Positions 49,513 through 61,100 of a stretch of 64,000 bases of DNA are shown one piece after another. Origin of the DNA: Negaprion brevirostris (lineage: Eukaryota); the NCBI GenBank assembly GCA_030324005.1, contig JARDVH010000099.1, forward strand, positions 70,845,786-70,909,785, given 5' to 3'. Made by a program: the position numbers and the translations under genes. Below the pieces are notes generated by a model, which saw nothing but the letters and a program-made list of their open reading frames with translations, made no database searches and was not told the origin of the DNA. Positions within the stretch are counted from its first letter, which is position 1. Every line of letters begins with the position of its first letter.

Positions 49513-51269
49513 ATAGCCCAAAAAGTAGCCAAGGGTTTGGGTGAAAATCTGCCATTCAGATACTGCAAACACTAGATATCATAATTTGCATATTATCAGC
49601 AAAGAAATCAGATGATTCTTAACATATTACATCGTCTTAGAGAAGAATTTGTTGCATCTGTAAATGATGATGTATGTTGGGTAGAGTTCATGTATTTTTA
49701 AAGGGATAAATTAAATCCAAATTGACAGCACCAGTTTTTTCTGAGTCTGGTGATTCAGATGTTCTCTTTGCACAGTTGCAACTGATCATTTTAAAATCGG
49801 AGATGAAGTACAAATCTTTTGACAGATCTTACATAAATATTAAAATATGTTCTACTGTTTGAATACTGACCATCATTTCTTCCAAAATGTGTACTATTTT
49901 CTTTATGTAAAAAATTCCAAATTTCTCCATTTGCTTTTAGTATTCTAATTCAAAGGTGAAATAAAATATGGATATGTCCTAATTTACAGTTTTCCCTGAA
50001 TATTTGTTAAAGCAGCTGTGTGTAGAAAATGACATCTGGTGGTCTTGGCATTAGTCATTTCTAAATGGAAATTCAAATCTGATTTAGTCCATTGACGTGA
50101 CTGATGTTAGGTCATCTGTTTATTTGTGTTTTAGATTACTGGGTTGCTCATTCTTCTTCTTTGCATTCTGTACCTCTCCCATCATTCTCACACCTCCTAT
50201 TGATTTGTGCCAATAAAGCAGCGTCCTGTCACCTAACTGCAACTCTGTTCATCGCTTTGCTATCCGTTATGCAGAATGTCTGTGTATATTAAGATATACT
50301 AACCTTCCATGTTAACTTTAAAGAATGTGTCATGATTCTTGGGTTTGTCAGTTAGTTCTTATCTTTTACTCTCATAAGGAAAGTGTTGCATCCCCTACAG
50401 TTTACCTTATCATACCTAGTATCCACAATGACAGTGTGACTTGAGATTTGTAACTTGGAATCCTTGCTCTATATACTAGCTGCTGACAAGTTTTATGTGC
50501 CATGATATGCATTTTCACGTTTTAGGGTAGGTGGTGAAAAGCAATAGTTGACACTCTGCACAACTCCAAATCACATTTATTCCAGCTACTTGAACTCTTT
50601 CCTGACTTATGATACTGGCTTTGTTAACTCTTTTGCTGCTTGTTAGGACATGGGTCACCCAGAGGAAAGAGTCGAAACGCTGTCTTCCAAAGTGTCATAG
50701 AGGAATACTGAGTGAAGCTATTTTAAGAAATGCTCAAGATCGTAATAACAATTCCACTTCTGTTTGGTAATTTAAATTTCAAGTCCTTATTATTGTGATT
50801 AAAAACTAGGCAACTGGGTGGTGTTGAGTTAACTCTTTATAATCTGAATCTAATTTTATAGGTATGTTACAAATTAAAAGATCTAATTCAGGTAAAGTCC
50901 AAATTGTTAGAGGTGCATTTTTCTGACCCAAGGTTCTACAATGTTTAAGAGTAATCTGGTGCAATTCATGTTAATGCATAGAGAATCAATTAACAGTGAA
51001 TGTGCACATTTGTTCAGTCTTTCCCTCTCTGTTTGCATTGTGTTAAGCGCACCTCCTAAATAGTCAGCAGTGGTGCAGTGAAGAGATTTGGCAGAGATCC
51101 AACACAGAACTGAGCAGGAAACCATTGACAATAACAGCTCTTGTCCTTTCAATTAAAACAGCAGCATGAAGAAGCAGGAGGATGAGCAGCAGAAAAGGTT
51201 TGAGGTGGTCCAAGACCATAGAATAGGAACACTATTCCACAGGCAGTTCTGCAACATTGATGAAAGTGA

Positions 51270-51780
51270 AGCTTTGATCTTACTGAACAGCAGTGTGTGA
51301 GGAGGTTATGTCTCACCAAGGAAGTCATTTCTGAATTATACCATCATCCAGAAGTAATATTTCATCAGGTTTATACTGCCAATAAAAATTACGATTGGCA
51401 CTCGATGAATTCTAGCACAAATCCCTTCCAATCAATAGCAGGAGACCTGGCAAGGATCAGACAATTTGCGGTTCGCTGCTGCATTGTCCAGATCATTGAT
51501 GCCCTAATGAGACATCCTATTGATTACATCCTTATCAGTGTCTGCATTTGTCAGCAGCCAAGGCGTGAAATAGCTTTATGCAGTTTGTGACGTGCCGATG
51601 TTGTTGAATGTAATTGACTGTGACCATGTTAACAACCATTCAAACAGTTATTGAAAATCCTAGTATATATAAGGGAAGAAAATTACTTGCTACCTGATCC
51701 AAACGGTCTGAACTATTGTGAATCAAATATGTACGTAAATGCAGTGCCACCAATAAATGTTCTTGATATTCAAATGGCAG
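51270..51780 (+). mobile_element. Decayed PIF/Harbinger (HARBI1-like) transposase fragment
   Basis: DLTEQQCVRRLCLTKEVISEL, STNPFQSIAGDLARIRQFAVRCCIVQIIDAL (HTH, GSFQ..GD..ISQ motif) and VPMLLNVIDCDHV (GAIDCTHV, first catalytic D). Frameshifted. Confidence 0.82.
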
Positions 51781-51854
51781 TGCTGCTTTCCAGACTAATT
51801 CTGGGGAATGTCAGGTTAATTGTCTAGCCTGTTGTAGTTAAGTGTTGCCAACTT

Positions 51855-51932
51855 GGAACAAAGAACAACCCAGCACGGGAAACAGGCCCTTCGGCCCAAT
51901 GAGCCCACGCCGCCATCACCCTACACCTATTC
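51855..51932 (-). mobile_element. Young CR1-type 3' tail at a gap edge
   Basis: GAACAAAGAACAACCCAGCACGGGAAACAGGCCCTTCGGCCC. Confidence 0.7.
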
Positions 51933-52862
51933 NNNNNNNNNNNNNNNNNNNNNNNNNNNNNNNNNNNNNNNNNNNNNNNNNNNNNNNNNNNNNNNNNNNN
52001 NNNNNNNNNNNNNNNNNNNNNNNNNNNNNNNNNNNNNNNNNNNNNNNNNNNNNNNNNNNNNNNNNNNNNNNNNNNNNNNNNNNNNNNNNNNNNNNNNNNN
52101 NNNNNNNNNNNNNNNNNNNNNNNNNNNNNNNNNNNNNNNNNNNNNNNNNNNNNNNNNNNNNNNNNNNNNNNNNNNNNNNNNNNNNNNNNNNNNNNNNNNN
52201 NNNNNNNNNNNNNNNNNNNNNNNNNNNNNNNNNNNNNNNNNNNNNNNNNNNNNNNNNNNNNNNNNNNNNNNNNNNNNNNNNNNNNNNNNNNNNNNNNNNN
52301 NNNNNNNNNNNNNNNNNNNNNNNNNNNNNNNNNNNNNNNNNNNNNNNNNNNNNNNNNNNNNNNNNNNNNNNNNNNNNNNNNNNNNNNNNNNNNNNNNNNN
52401 NNNNNNNNNNNNNNNNNNNNNNNNNNNNNNNNNNNNNNNNNNNNNNNNNNNNNNNNNNNNNNNNNNNNNNNNNNNNNNNNNNNNNNNNNNNNNNNNNNNN
52501 NNNNNNNNNNNNNNNNNNNNNNNNNNNNNNNNNNNNNNNNNNNNNNNNNNNNNNNNNNNNNNNNNNNNNNNAAGGCTGGAGCTCTGTGTCGTGGAGTGTG
52601 GGGTTCTTGACCACATCAGTAGGCAAATTCCTGAGAGATTGATAAACTGTATGCTTGTCGTCCATGCAGCTGCTGCTGATGTTGCATAAAGCTCAGTGGA
52701 GCAGAGAGCCCAGCCTATACATTTACTCCCAGCTGTAGAATTCTCAAATCTATGCAAAAATCAATTTGAAGTGTACCCTGCAAGTTGGCAAGTGAATGTT
52801 GCATCGATTTTTTTCTGTTTGGCCCAGTGATATAATGTAATAAAACAACTTAGCAGGAAATA

Positions 52863-53303
52863 AAGAAAAGCATGTGGATTTGTACAGTGCCATTCACTTG
52901 TCCCAAAGCATTACAGTTAAATTATGAAGTACTTTTGAAGTGCAGTCATTATTGTAATGCAGAAAATGCAGCAGCCAATTTATGCATAGTAAACTCCTAC
53001 AAATAGCAGTGAGTGAATAATTGCTTTTATGAAGTTGATTAAGGAGTAAATATTAATTAGGATATGATGGATAAATCCCCTCTTCAAATTAACGTTGTGG
53101 GATCTTTTACGTCCGCCAAAAAAACAGAATGGGATTTAGTTTAATGTTTCACCTGAAATATGGCACCTTTTGACAGTGCAGCATTCCCTCAATACTGAAC
53201 TGCTGCATCAATTTAGACTTCTATGCTCAAGCCCTTGAGTTGGACCTGAACCCACAAACTTCTGATTCCAAGATGAGTGTGCTGCCAGCTGAGTTACAGC
53301 TGA
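52863..53303 (-). mobile_element. Near full-length SacSINE1-like DeuSINE
   Basis: Antisense tail (GAAGTACTTTTGAAGTGCAGTC..GCAGCCAATTT), Deu-domain (GACAGTGCAGCATTCCCTCA) and tRNA head (GAACCCACAAACTTCTGA..GAGTGTGCTGCCAGCTGAG). Confidence 0.85.
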
Positions 53304-53334
53304 AAAATTGTTAATGTCAAGCCAATGTTCAGCA

Positions 53335-53522
53335 ACCAAAGATGTGCGGGTTAGAAGAGTTGGCCATGCTAAATTGTCCCTTAGCGTCCTAGATGCATAG
53401 GTTAGAGGGATTAGCAGGGTAAATATGTGGGCTTACAAGGATAAAGCCTAGGTGGGATCATGGTTGGTGGAGACTCAATGGGCCGAATGGCCTCCTTCTA
53501 CACTATAGGGTTTCTATGATTC
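53335..53522 (+). mobile_element. 5'-truncated HE1 SINE, CR1-type tail
   Basis: CCAAAGATGTGCGGGTTAG...GGCCATGCTAAATTG...GGGCCGAATGGCCTCCTTCTACAC. Confidence 0.88.
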
Positions 53523-54414
53523 TTTTGCTCCCATTACTGCTCATTCCATTCAAATGACTCCCCCATGCTTCCTGATGTAAAACCATTCAGGGTAAGTAAC
53601 TCTGGGCTGAAATGTGTCACAAGTGTTGAGAGCTGTGTTGAGACTTGTTGAACAAGTTTGTGTTTGTGAATTGGTGGTTCTGGTGTGTGTTTTAGAAAGG
53701 TACGAGGCACACACACTGCTGGATGTTTTCCAAATGAACTGTGCATAGTGCATTTTACAGTGAAAAACACCAGTGATTGATGCCTGCAGAAATGGGTTGT
53801 ACTGATCAAATGTACAATTGTACTGTAGAAACAAAAATTACTTCCTTAGTTTGTGCATCACATTGGTCATTCACTGCATGTTTGTAGTACCTTTCACAAC
53901 CTTAGGATTTTTCAAAAATATTTTGTGCTTTTGTCTGTAATGTAACCTGAATCCACACTTTTCAGACTCTTGAGGCATAACTGAGCCATAGTTGATACCT
54001 NNNNNNNNNNNNNNNNNNNNNNNNNNNNNNNNNNNNNNNNNNNNNNNNNNNNNNNNNNNNNNNNNNNNNNNNNNNNNNNNNNNNNNNNNNNNNNNNNNNN
54101 NNNNNNNNNNNNNNNNNNNNNNNNNNNNNNNNNNNNNNNNNNNNNNNNNNNNNNNNNNNNNNNNNNNNNNNNNNNNNNNNNNNNNNNNNNNNNNNNNNNN
54201 NNNNNNNNNNNNNNNNNNNNNNNNNNNNNNNNNNNNNNNNNNNNNNNNNNNNNNNNNNNNNNNNNNNNNNNNNNNNNNNNNNNNNNNNNNNNNNNNNNNN
54301 NNNNNNNNNNNNNNNNNNNNNNNNNNNNNNNNNNNNNNNNNNNNNNNNNNNNNNNNNNNNNNNNNNNNNNNNNNNNNNNNNNNNNNNNNNNNNNNNNNNN
54401 NNNNNNNNNNNNNN

Positions 54415-54487
54415 TATTGAATGGCGGGGCAGGCTCGAAGGGCTAGATGGCCTACTCCTGCTCCTATTTCTTATGTTCTTATGTTCT
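54415..54487 (+). mobile_element. Young CR1 3' tail at a gap edge
   Basis: TATTGAATGGCGGGGCAGGCTCGAAGGGCTAGATGGCCTACTCCTGCTCCTATTTCTTATGTTCTTATG. Confidence 0.9.
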
Positions 54488-54509
54488 TTCTGACCTACAT
54501 TGGGCATGA

Positions 54510-54885
54510 GTTAAGGAATGCCTTGATTTTAAAATTCTCATTGGTATTTGCAAATCCTTTCATGATCTAGCCTCTCCCTATCTCTGTAACCCCGCATAAC
54601 CTGTTAAGGTATATAATTTTGGCCTTTTGTGCATTTCCAGTTATTACCTCTCCGCTATTGGTGGCTGCACTTTCAGATACCAAGGCCAGGGTCTGGAATT
54701 TCTTGTCTAAACCTTTCGTCCTCTCTTCCCCTCCCTCCTTTAGTCATCTTCTCTACCCCAAAACCTACCTCTGACCAAGTTTTTGATCATCTACCCTATT
54801 TCTTTGTGATTTGTTGTTAAAGCTTTCCTTATAACCTGTTAAGTATCTTGAGATATATTATACATTATATGTAAATACAAGATGG
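54510..54885 (+). mobile_element. L2 3' end
   Basis: GATTTTAAAATTCTCA...CCCTATCTCTGTAAC...AAAACCTACCTCTGACCAAG. Confidence 0.7.
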
Positions 54886-54971
54886 TGATGGCAAAGGTGA
54901 CCAGGAGATTGATCTTTAAATTAGCATATTAACTTGTCTCACTTTAATTTTTCCTTTTCCCAGCCATTTTC

Positions 54972-55250
54972 AGGCACGGTGGCACAGTGGTTAGCACTGC
55001 TGCCTCACAGTGCAAGGGACCCGGGCTTGGATTACTGTCTGTGCAGAGTCTGCACGTTCTCCCCGTGTCTGCGTGGGTTTCCTCCAGGTGCCCCGGTTTC
55101 CTCCCACAGTCCGAAAGATGTGCTGGTTAGGTGCTTTGGCCATGCGAAATTCTCCCTCAGTGTACCTGAACAGGTGCTGGAATGTGGCGACTAGGGGATT
55201 TTCACAGTAACTTCATCACAGTGTTAATGTAAGCCTACTTAAATAAATAA
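54972..55250 (+). mobile_element. Young HE1-type SINE with type B tail
   Basis: GGCACGGTGGCACAGTGGTTAGCACTGCTGCCTCACAG...GGCGACTAGGGGATTTTCACAGTAACTTC...GTAAGCCTACTT. Confidence 0.92.
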
Positions 55251-55984
55251 ACATCAACTGCCCAAGGTGTTGAAAGTGGCATTGTTCTGCCAATCAATTT
55301 ATTAACCAAAAATGCATTTATTCCCAACAAACTGTTAAACAACAAAATTGTTATCTGTGATTTTAAAAATACAAGAAAAATGCGTCCCGATCAAACTACT
55401 GAGTATTGTTATTTCTTGAAGGGGAATCAAGCCATGTCATTTCATGATCTCTTGCTTTTCTGAGATCTTCATGATTAGGTTGCCAGTTTAGAATGTGTTC
55501 AACCTGCAGCATTGTTCATGATCTTATCATGCAACGAAGATAAAACTTGCAGAAATAACACTGCCTTCGGCAATCAGCAGGAAATATTAAAAAACGCGTG
55601 CACGCACACATACAGCTGGCAGTTAACTGCTGAATGGGGTGGTTACTGCAGTTGCACTAATACACAAGCTTTATAACACTCCAGAGACACAGCTAACACT
55701 ATGACATTGATGTAGTTTGTATGGGCTAAAATAGGCTTCTTTTTCTACAGATCACTGTGCAGAAAATAACAAGTATAAAGTCAGCCATGGTACCTACTGT
55801 TTTCTTTCAGCATGCAGATAGAAACATTACAGGTCTGAGTGAGTCGTATAGGCATTAGGTTTGTGCGGGGAGCAAAGATGAGCATAGGTCTGTTAGGCTA
55901 AATGTCCTGATTCTGTACTAATGTTAAGGTACAAAAAGCTCAGAAATATGATAACAGGTTGTTTGACTGTGGAATTCGACAGCT

Positions 55985-56195
55985 GAGTCTGACCCTATTC
56001 CATGTGACATCCACATCTGCATGCATGCACTTTCCAACAGGGCAGTAATCAGGGATAGGGCTCATGACAGATTTCTCTCGTTGCTTATATTTGCTCATGC
56101 CCCAGACCAAGGACACAGAAATACCAGTGCTGTCATTGAGATCTGCTAACTTAGAAGACCAGGGATCAAAGTAGGGATTGCCCTGATCTGTACTG
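55985..56195 (-). mobile_element. Old unassigned SINE-like repeat
   Basis: GCACTTTCCAACAGGG...GAGATCTGCTAACT...GACCAGGGATCAAA (antisense B-box-like). Confidence 0.4.
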
Positions 56196-56287
56196 AAAAA
56201 GCTTCACTATTGCTATATTTTCTACTGAACTATTGATTGCAGAAAATGCTGATGTAAAACTGTTGTGGTGGGTCATTAATCTGAAAG

Positions 56288-56596
56288 GGTGGCATGATAG
56301 GACACAGTTATTAGCAATGCTGCCTCACAGCCCCCCAGGGACCCAGGTTCAATTCCATTCTTGAGTGACTGTGGAGTTTGCATGTTCTCCCTTGTCTGCA
56401 TGGGGTTCCTTCGGGTGTTCCAGTTTCCTCCCACAGTCCAAAGATGAGTAGGATAAGTAGATTATCTATGGTGAATATGCAGGATTATAGGGATATGGCG
56501 AGAGATGGGCCTGTATAAGAGGCTCCTTTGGAGAGTTGGCGCAGATTCGATGGGCCGAATGGCCACCTTCAGCACTGGAGAGATTCTGTAGTTCTG
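56288..56596 (+). mobile_element. HE1-type V-SINE, CR1-type tail
   Basis: tRNA head, TTTCCTCCCACAGTCCAAAGATG and tail CGATGGGCCGAATGGCCACCTTCAGCACTG. Confidence 0.88.
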
Positions 56597-58063
56597 TGTT
56601 GGTGTAGAGTAACAAACCTTCGTGCCTCACTTATTCACATGAATACATTTAGTTGAGATTTTTGCCATTACTGTAGTGAATTGTAGGGAAGAATGAATTA
56701 AATGTAAATAGGTACATGTAGCATACTGTTAACATTTCTCTTTGGTGGTTTATTCAACTGTCAGTAATGGGATTCATTTCTGACCAGATATCTTCTTAGT
56801 CACCGGTATCATAGTTGTTAATGTTGAAATGTATCTTTTCCTTTTTGGAAGGTTGGCCATTTTATGCAAGTTATTTTTAGCAAGGAGACCACATGGGTGC
56901 TGTGCTCAGATAAAGTACTGTATTCGTGAGCAAGGAATATTCCCAGAAGAGTCCCTGGTTTATGAGTCTTGCCCCAAATATTCTAACTCTATTTTTGAAG
57001 TAGTTTATGTAGATCTGCGTCTGTGCTCTGATTCTGAGATGGACCAATCAGCAAAGCATGTTGTTGAGGGACCTCCTCTGTCCATTTACAGCAATGGACC
57101 AATAAAAGCCTGGATTATAGTTGGCTACAAATGCTTTGAGCAGAAAAATCAATCAAAAAGCAGATCATTTGTGAAGTCACTTTTTGGATTTGNNNNNNNN
57201 NNNNNNNNNNNNNNNNNNNNNNNNNNNNNNNNNNNNNNNNNNNNNNNNNNNNNNNNNNNNNNNNNNNNNNNNNNNNNNNNNNNNNNNNNNNNCAATTTTG
57301 ACTTTGGTTTGGACCATGAAGAGTCAGAGTGGAGACAAGTGCTGGTCATTGGATTGGCTGTGTTCGTGCGGGAGATGTGATAGTGGTGGTGTCTATCAGA
57401 GCCCAGGGACAGGTAATGAGGTATTAATTCTCAGAATGGAAAGGTGTTACTGTCTGCAACTGTAACTCTTGCAGTATCTCAGTTGCACTCAATCCAAGAG
57501 AATTGTGCCTATCCAAAACTGCAGAAGGCTGTGTGTATATGTGTACATAGATACTATGCTTCCACCCTGTGTCCTTGNNNNNNNNNNGACTAGTTTACTT
57601 TCACTTAAACATTTAAACATATTTGCCGAGTCACTATGATGCGAGGCTATGATTGCGATATCATGTACAATTGCGCTGACAGCTGATGAATTTTAACATC
57701 ATCCCACAACTCCTACATACCCTAGATGATTCTCTAGTATAATTCCCTGCTTTTTAGAATAGTCTATCCAAACAGACCCAGGTGATTAACAACATCAAGC
57801 TCAAGGCATGATTTATAGTTATTCAGTTATAAAACTGTTCTTTACAACGTAATGAAGTTGAAATGTGGTGTAATTGATTTTTAGTCACAAGAAGGGAAGT
57901 TAGGTATGGTTACAGGAAATCCATTCGTGGGATTTGGTGATTGTGGTTTTGGCTGAGCTGAATAAGAACATTTGCAACTGTATTTTTGAAAGGTCTCCAA
58001 GCTTTCTGCAAGTTCAGACAGGAAAGAAGGCAAGAGTGAGCCAGCAGACGATATTATGGGTTT

Positions 58064-58167
58064 AATTCTGATGAAAGGTCACAGACCTGAAATTTGAACT
58101 TTGTTTCCTTTCTGCACGGATGCTGCCAAACCTGTTAAATACTTTCAGCATTGGCTATTTTATTTCA
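58064..58167 (+). mobile_element. Solo PLE-type pLTR beginning with a hammerhead core
   Basis: CTGATGA-A-AGGTC-ACA-GACCT-GAAA (58068-58092), followed by GATGCTGCCAAACCTG..TTTCAGCATT..TTTTATTTCA. Confidence 0.8.
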
Positions 58168-61100
58168 CTTCTAATTTTTGCTGAATTGCAGTAGAAAACC
58201 TTTTGTAAATTATACCTCCACCGTTGGGTGTGTGGCAGCACATTTTTGGAAAGGAAGAATTTATGTCATTGCAGTGTGTTATGGCATCACCGGTGGTTTC
58301 AGATAGACTCTGTTTCCGCTACACTTGGTGAGCAAAGTGCTTCTACTTTAAGTCCAGGTTAGAATTTAGAAATTTATGGCCATTTATAGGTGCTCGAACC
58401 AAACCAAATAAGTGATAACCTTCATTTTCACTACAGTAGCACATTCACTTTGAATCCGCTTGGATGAACCTCTAAAGGTAACGTTGCATTTTCCTATATA
58501 AAAGATGCATCCGTGGCAAGATTCAATGTGCGTTTACATGTCAAGTTCTGTAAAATATAACTTTTTGACTAACTGTTACTGCTTATTTGCAATGTAAGGG
58601 TAACCAGTACAAAAAAAACTCCAGGATATGAATCTAGAATGACACCCAACTTTTTCTAATTAATACAGTATATTTATAAAACAAATGTATTAATGTGAAA
58701 CTGATTTAATTAAATCACTTTCTTTATGGTTGACCTTTTAATTTGCATTTCCATTTCTTCTTTATTTTTAGCCCGAATGTACAACAAGAGTGTAATAGAC
58801 CAAGTGCTCCGATATTCATGGCCACTTAGGTCCTCTTGGCTGCTTACAGCTTTTAACATTTAAAATCATGATAGAGATTTTATTTTAATGGTGCATTTAA
58901 GATCTGAATTTCTCTACACACATGAACTATTNNNNNNNNNNNNNNNNNNNNNNNNNNNNNNNNNNNNNNNNNNNNNNATTCTGGTCCAGTTGAATTGCAA
59001 AACATTCTGGTATTTGTGCATATGATTTTAAGAATGATTTATTTTAATAAGTATCTAAATAAGATTATGCTATAAAATTTCATTAACAATGTCTCTCTTT
59101 TCCCCTTCTAGAAAACTAACCTTATTTGGTATTGTGTATCAAAATAAAAGTAAGGCTGCATTGAGAGAAGCCATTCGTAAGAAATATTCAGTGTTGGTGA
59201 TGAAATGGTGTGGCCTCATTGTAGGATTACTTTGGTGCTCTGTGTTGATAAGTAGCTTACCATTAGCAACACATGTATAAACAACTGTTTGAGTGATGAG
59301 GTGTTGAAATAACTGAAATTTCAAATTTTAGCAGATTAGATCTCCCTTTGATACTATGTTTGATTTGTAGATGGGGGGGGGGGTGGCGCATAAACATAGA
59401 AGCTGTCTTTCTTTTGTCCTGTTGTGTAATTCCTGAGCCATATTTATGGTTCACTTCTATATACTCTGACAGTGTTTCCAATCAGCAATTCATACATTCA
59501 CTGTTCCAGTGTGATTCTCACATAGATTCAGAGCATTTGAATCATCTCTTCTCTTGTTCCTATGAGTCAGTTTCACCCAATTCTTGACCGATGTTTGTTG
59601 CCTCAGATTTTTGTCTGATGGGCAATGTGTTTCTAGCATTTTTAATGGAATTGGTTCTGCAAAAACTTTGCATTATGTAGCCATCCACTGCCACTCATTG
59701 CATTTTACTAGGTGAATCATCCTGTTTTATTGAGAGACGTTGCTGTGGCAGTTTTGATTAAGAATTTAGTTTGCTGTAGTTCATAAACAGTCCTGTTAAA
59801 TAAACTTTGTACAGTTTAAATAGATTCTGATGTGTAACTGGACTTTGCTGCTGTAATTCTCACCCTGGCTTCAACCCATTGGCTGATCCAATGCTGTGCA
59901 TAGACACTGATCAGAAATGGGGTTTTTCAGTGTAACTCTACAGCCAGGATTGAGTAGAGTTAGGTGTATGTTGGTTGAAATATCTGTTTAGTACCCACTT
60001 ACCCTGAACTCAGAGTTGTCATGTAAAATCATATAAATAGTTGAAACTAAGCGATAGCTTTATTCACCACCTTGAAAGACAAAGGACAGAAACATTGAGG
60101 AATGAATGATTTCCATGGAGTTCTGTTTCCTCTGAACACATCTGGAGCTGCTGCCAGCATAGATATTGGAGGCTCTGAACACTGATCTTTGTTTTGGCAC
60201 GAAGAAACAGCTGCCACCTGCTATTTTTGACTCTGTGTTCCGATTTGTTCTTGTACCTTTTAAATTGACCATCTGTTTTGATTATTTTAGAACGACAGTG
60301 ATGTGATTTTAAAAAAATGTATGCTAGGATAATTTCAAACTATCGAGAAGAGAACAATAATGCAAGGCTGGAGAGGTTAAAATGAAATAGAAGTGGGTCA
60401 ACTGATTGCAGCAGTTTTTTTCCCCCATGTCAGTTGGTTGAACTGCCTGCAGTATGAAGCGGCTGGTCTCTCTTGTAGGAAATGTAAATCTGGCAGCTAT
60501 TGAATCTGGATTCTAACAGCAAATGTGCTCTGAGCAAAATCAGTGTTGGAAGCAGTAATGAATACTTGCAAGCAATTACAATATCACAGTCTGTTCCAGG
60601 AATTCTGATGATGCCATAAATTTTAGAGCAGAGCAGAACCAAGACAAGTTAGGTGAATTACGAGGTTAAATCTGATGTTGAAATTCCTCAGTATGTTGCT
60701 TGTCTGTAATTATACTGGTATATTAGGGGGGAATAGGGACCACGTCAGAGGTCCTCTGAAGGGATTTACATTGGTAGTTGTTGACAGGTCACTATGCAGT
60801 GACTTTAATGTGAGGACTTGTGATAATGTCACTGTTAAACTTCTACCCATAAGTGTACCTACAGTTGATTTCTTGGAAATGCAATGTCTTTATCTACATA
60901 AACTGTTGCTATGTAATTTTCAAAAATTGGTAGCCTTTTCAGTTTGTGATGAAAGCACTGTGGTGTGAGAACATGTGACATATAGTCATTGTTGTTCTTG
61001 ATGCACTGCAGAAAATGTAACTGGTTTCAAATGTAACTGGTTTTATTTAGTGAGCAGTAATGAACAAATGTTAAAATTATTCTGGAACAATTTGGGGATG

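Noticed and set aside
49660-49750. C/D snoRNA-like ATGATGA...CTGA spacing (also at 35498-35605)
   Set aside because: No terminal stem and no recognisable rRNA or snRNA guide; expected by chance in 64 kb.
51842-52757. Long ORFs of 249-278 aa, and similar ones at 53962-54507 and 62470-62915
   Set aside because: They are open only because they run through N gaps.
54972-55035. tRNA-like sequences with A/B boxes
   Set aside because: They are SINE heads running into the V-domain and do not form a full cloverleaf.
56829-57380. 183-aa ORF
   Set aside because: It spans a gap, has no recognisable domain and no convincing splice sites.
58745-58830. Strong acceptor-like tract TTCTTCTTTATTTTTTAG followed by RMYNKSVIDQVLRYSWPL
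   Set aside because: No consensus donor downstream and the peptide is not recognised.
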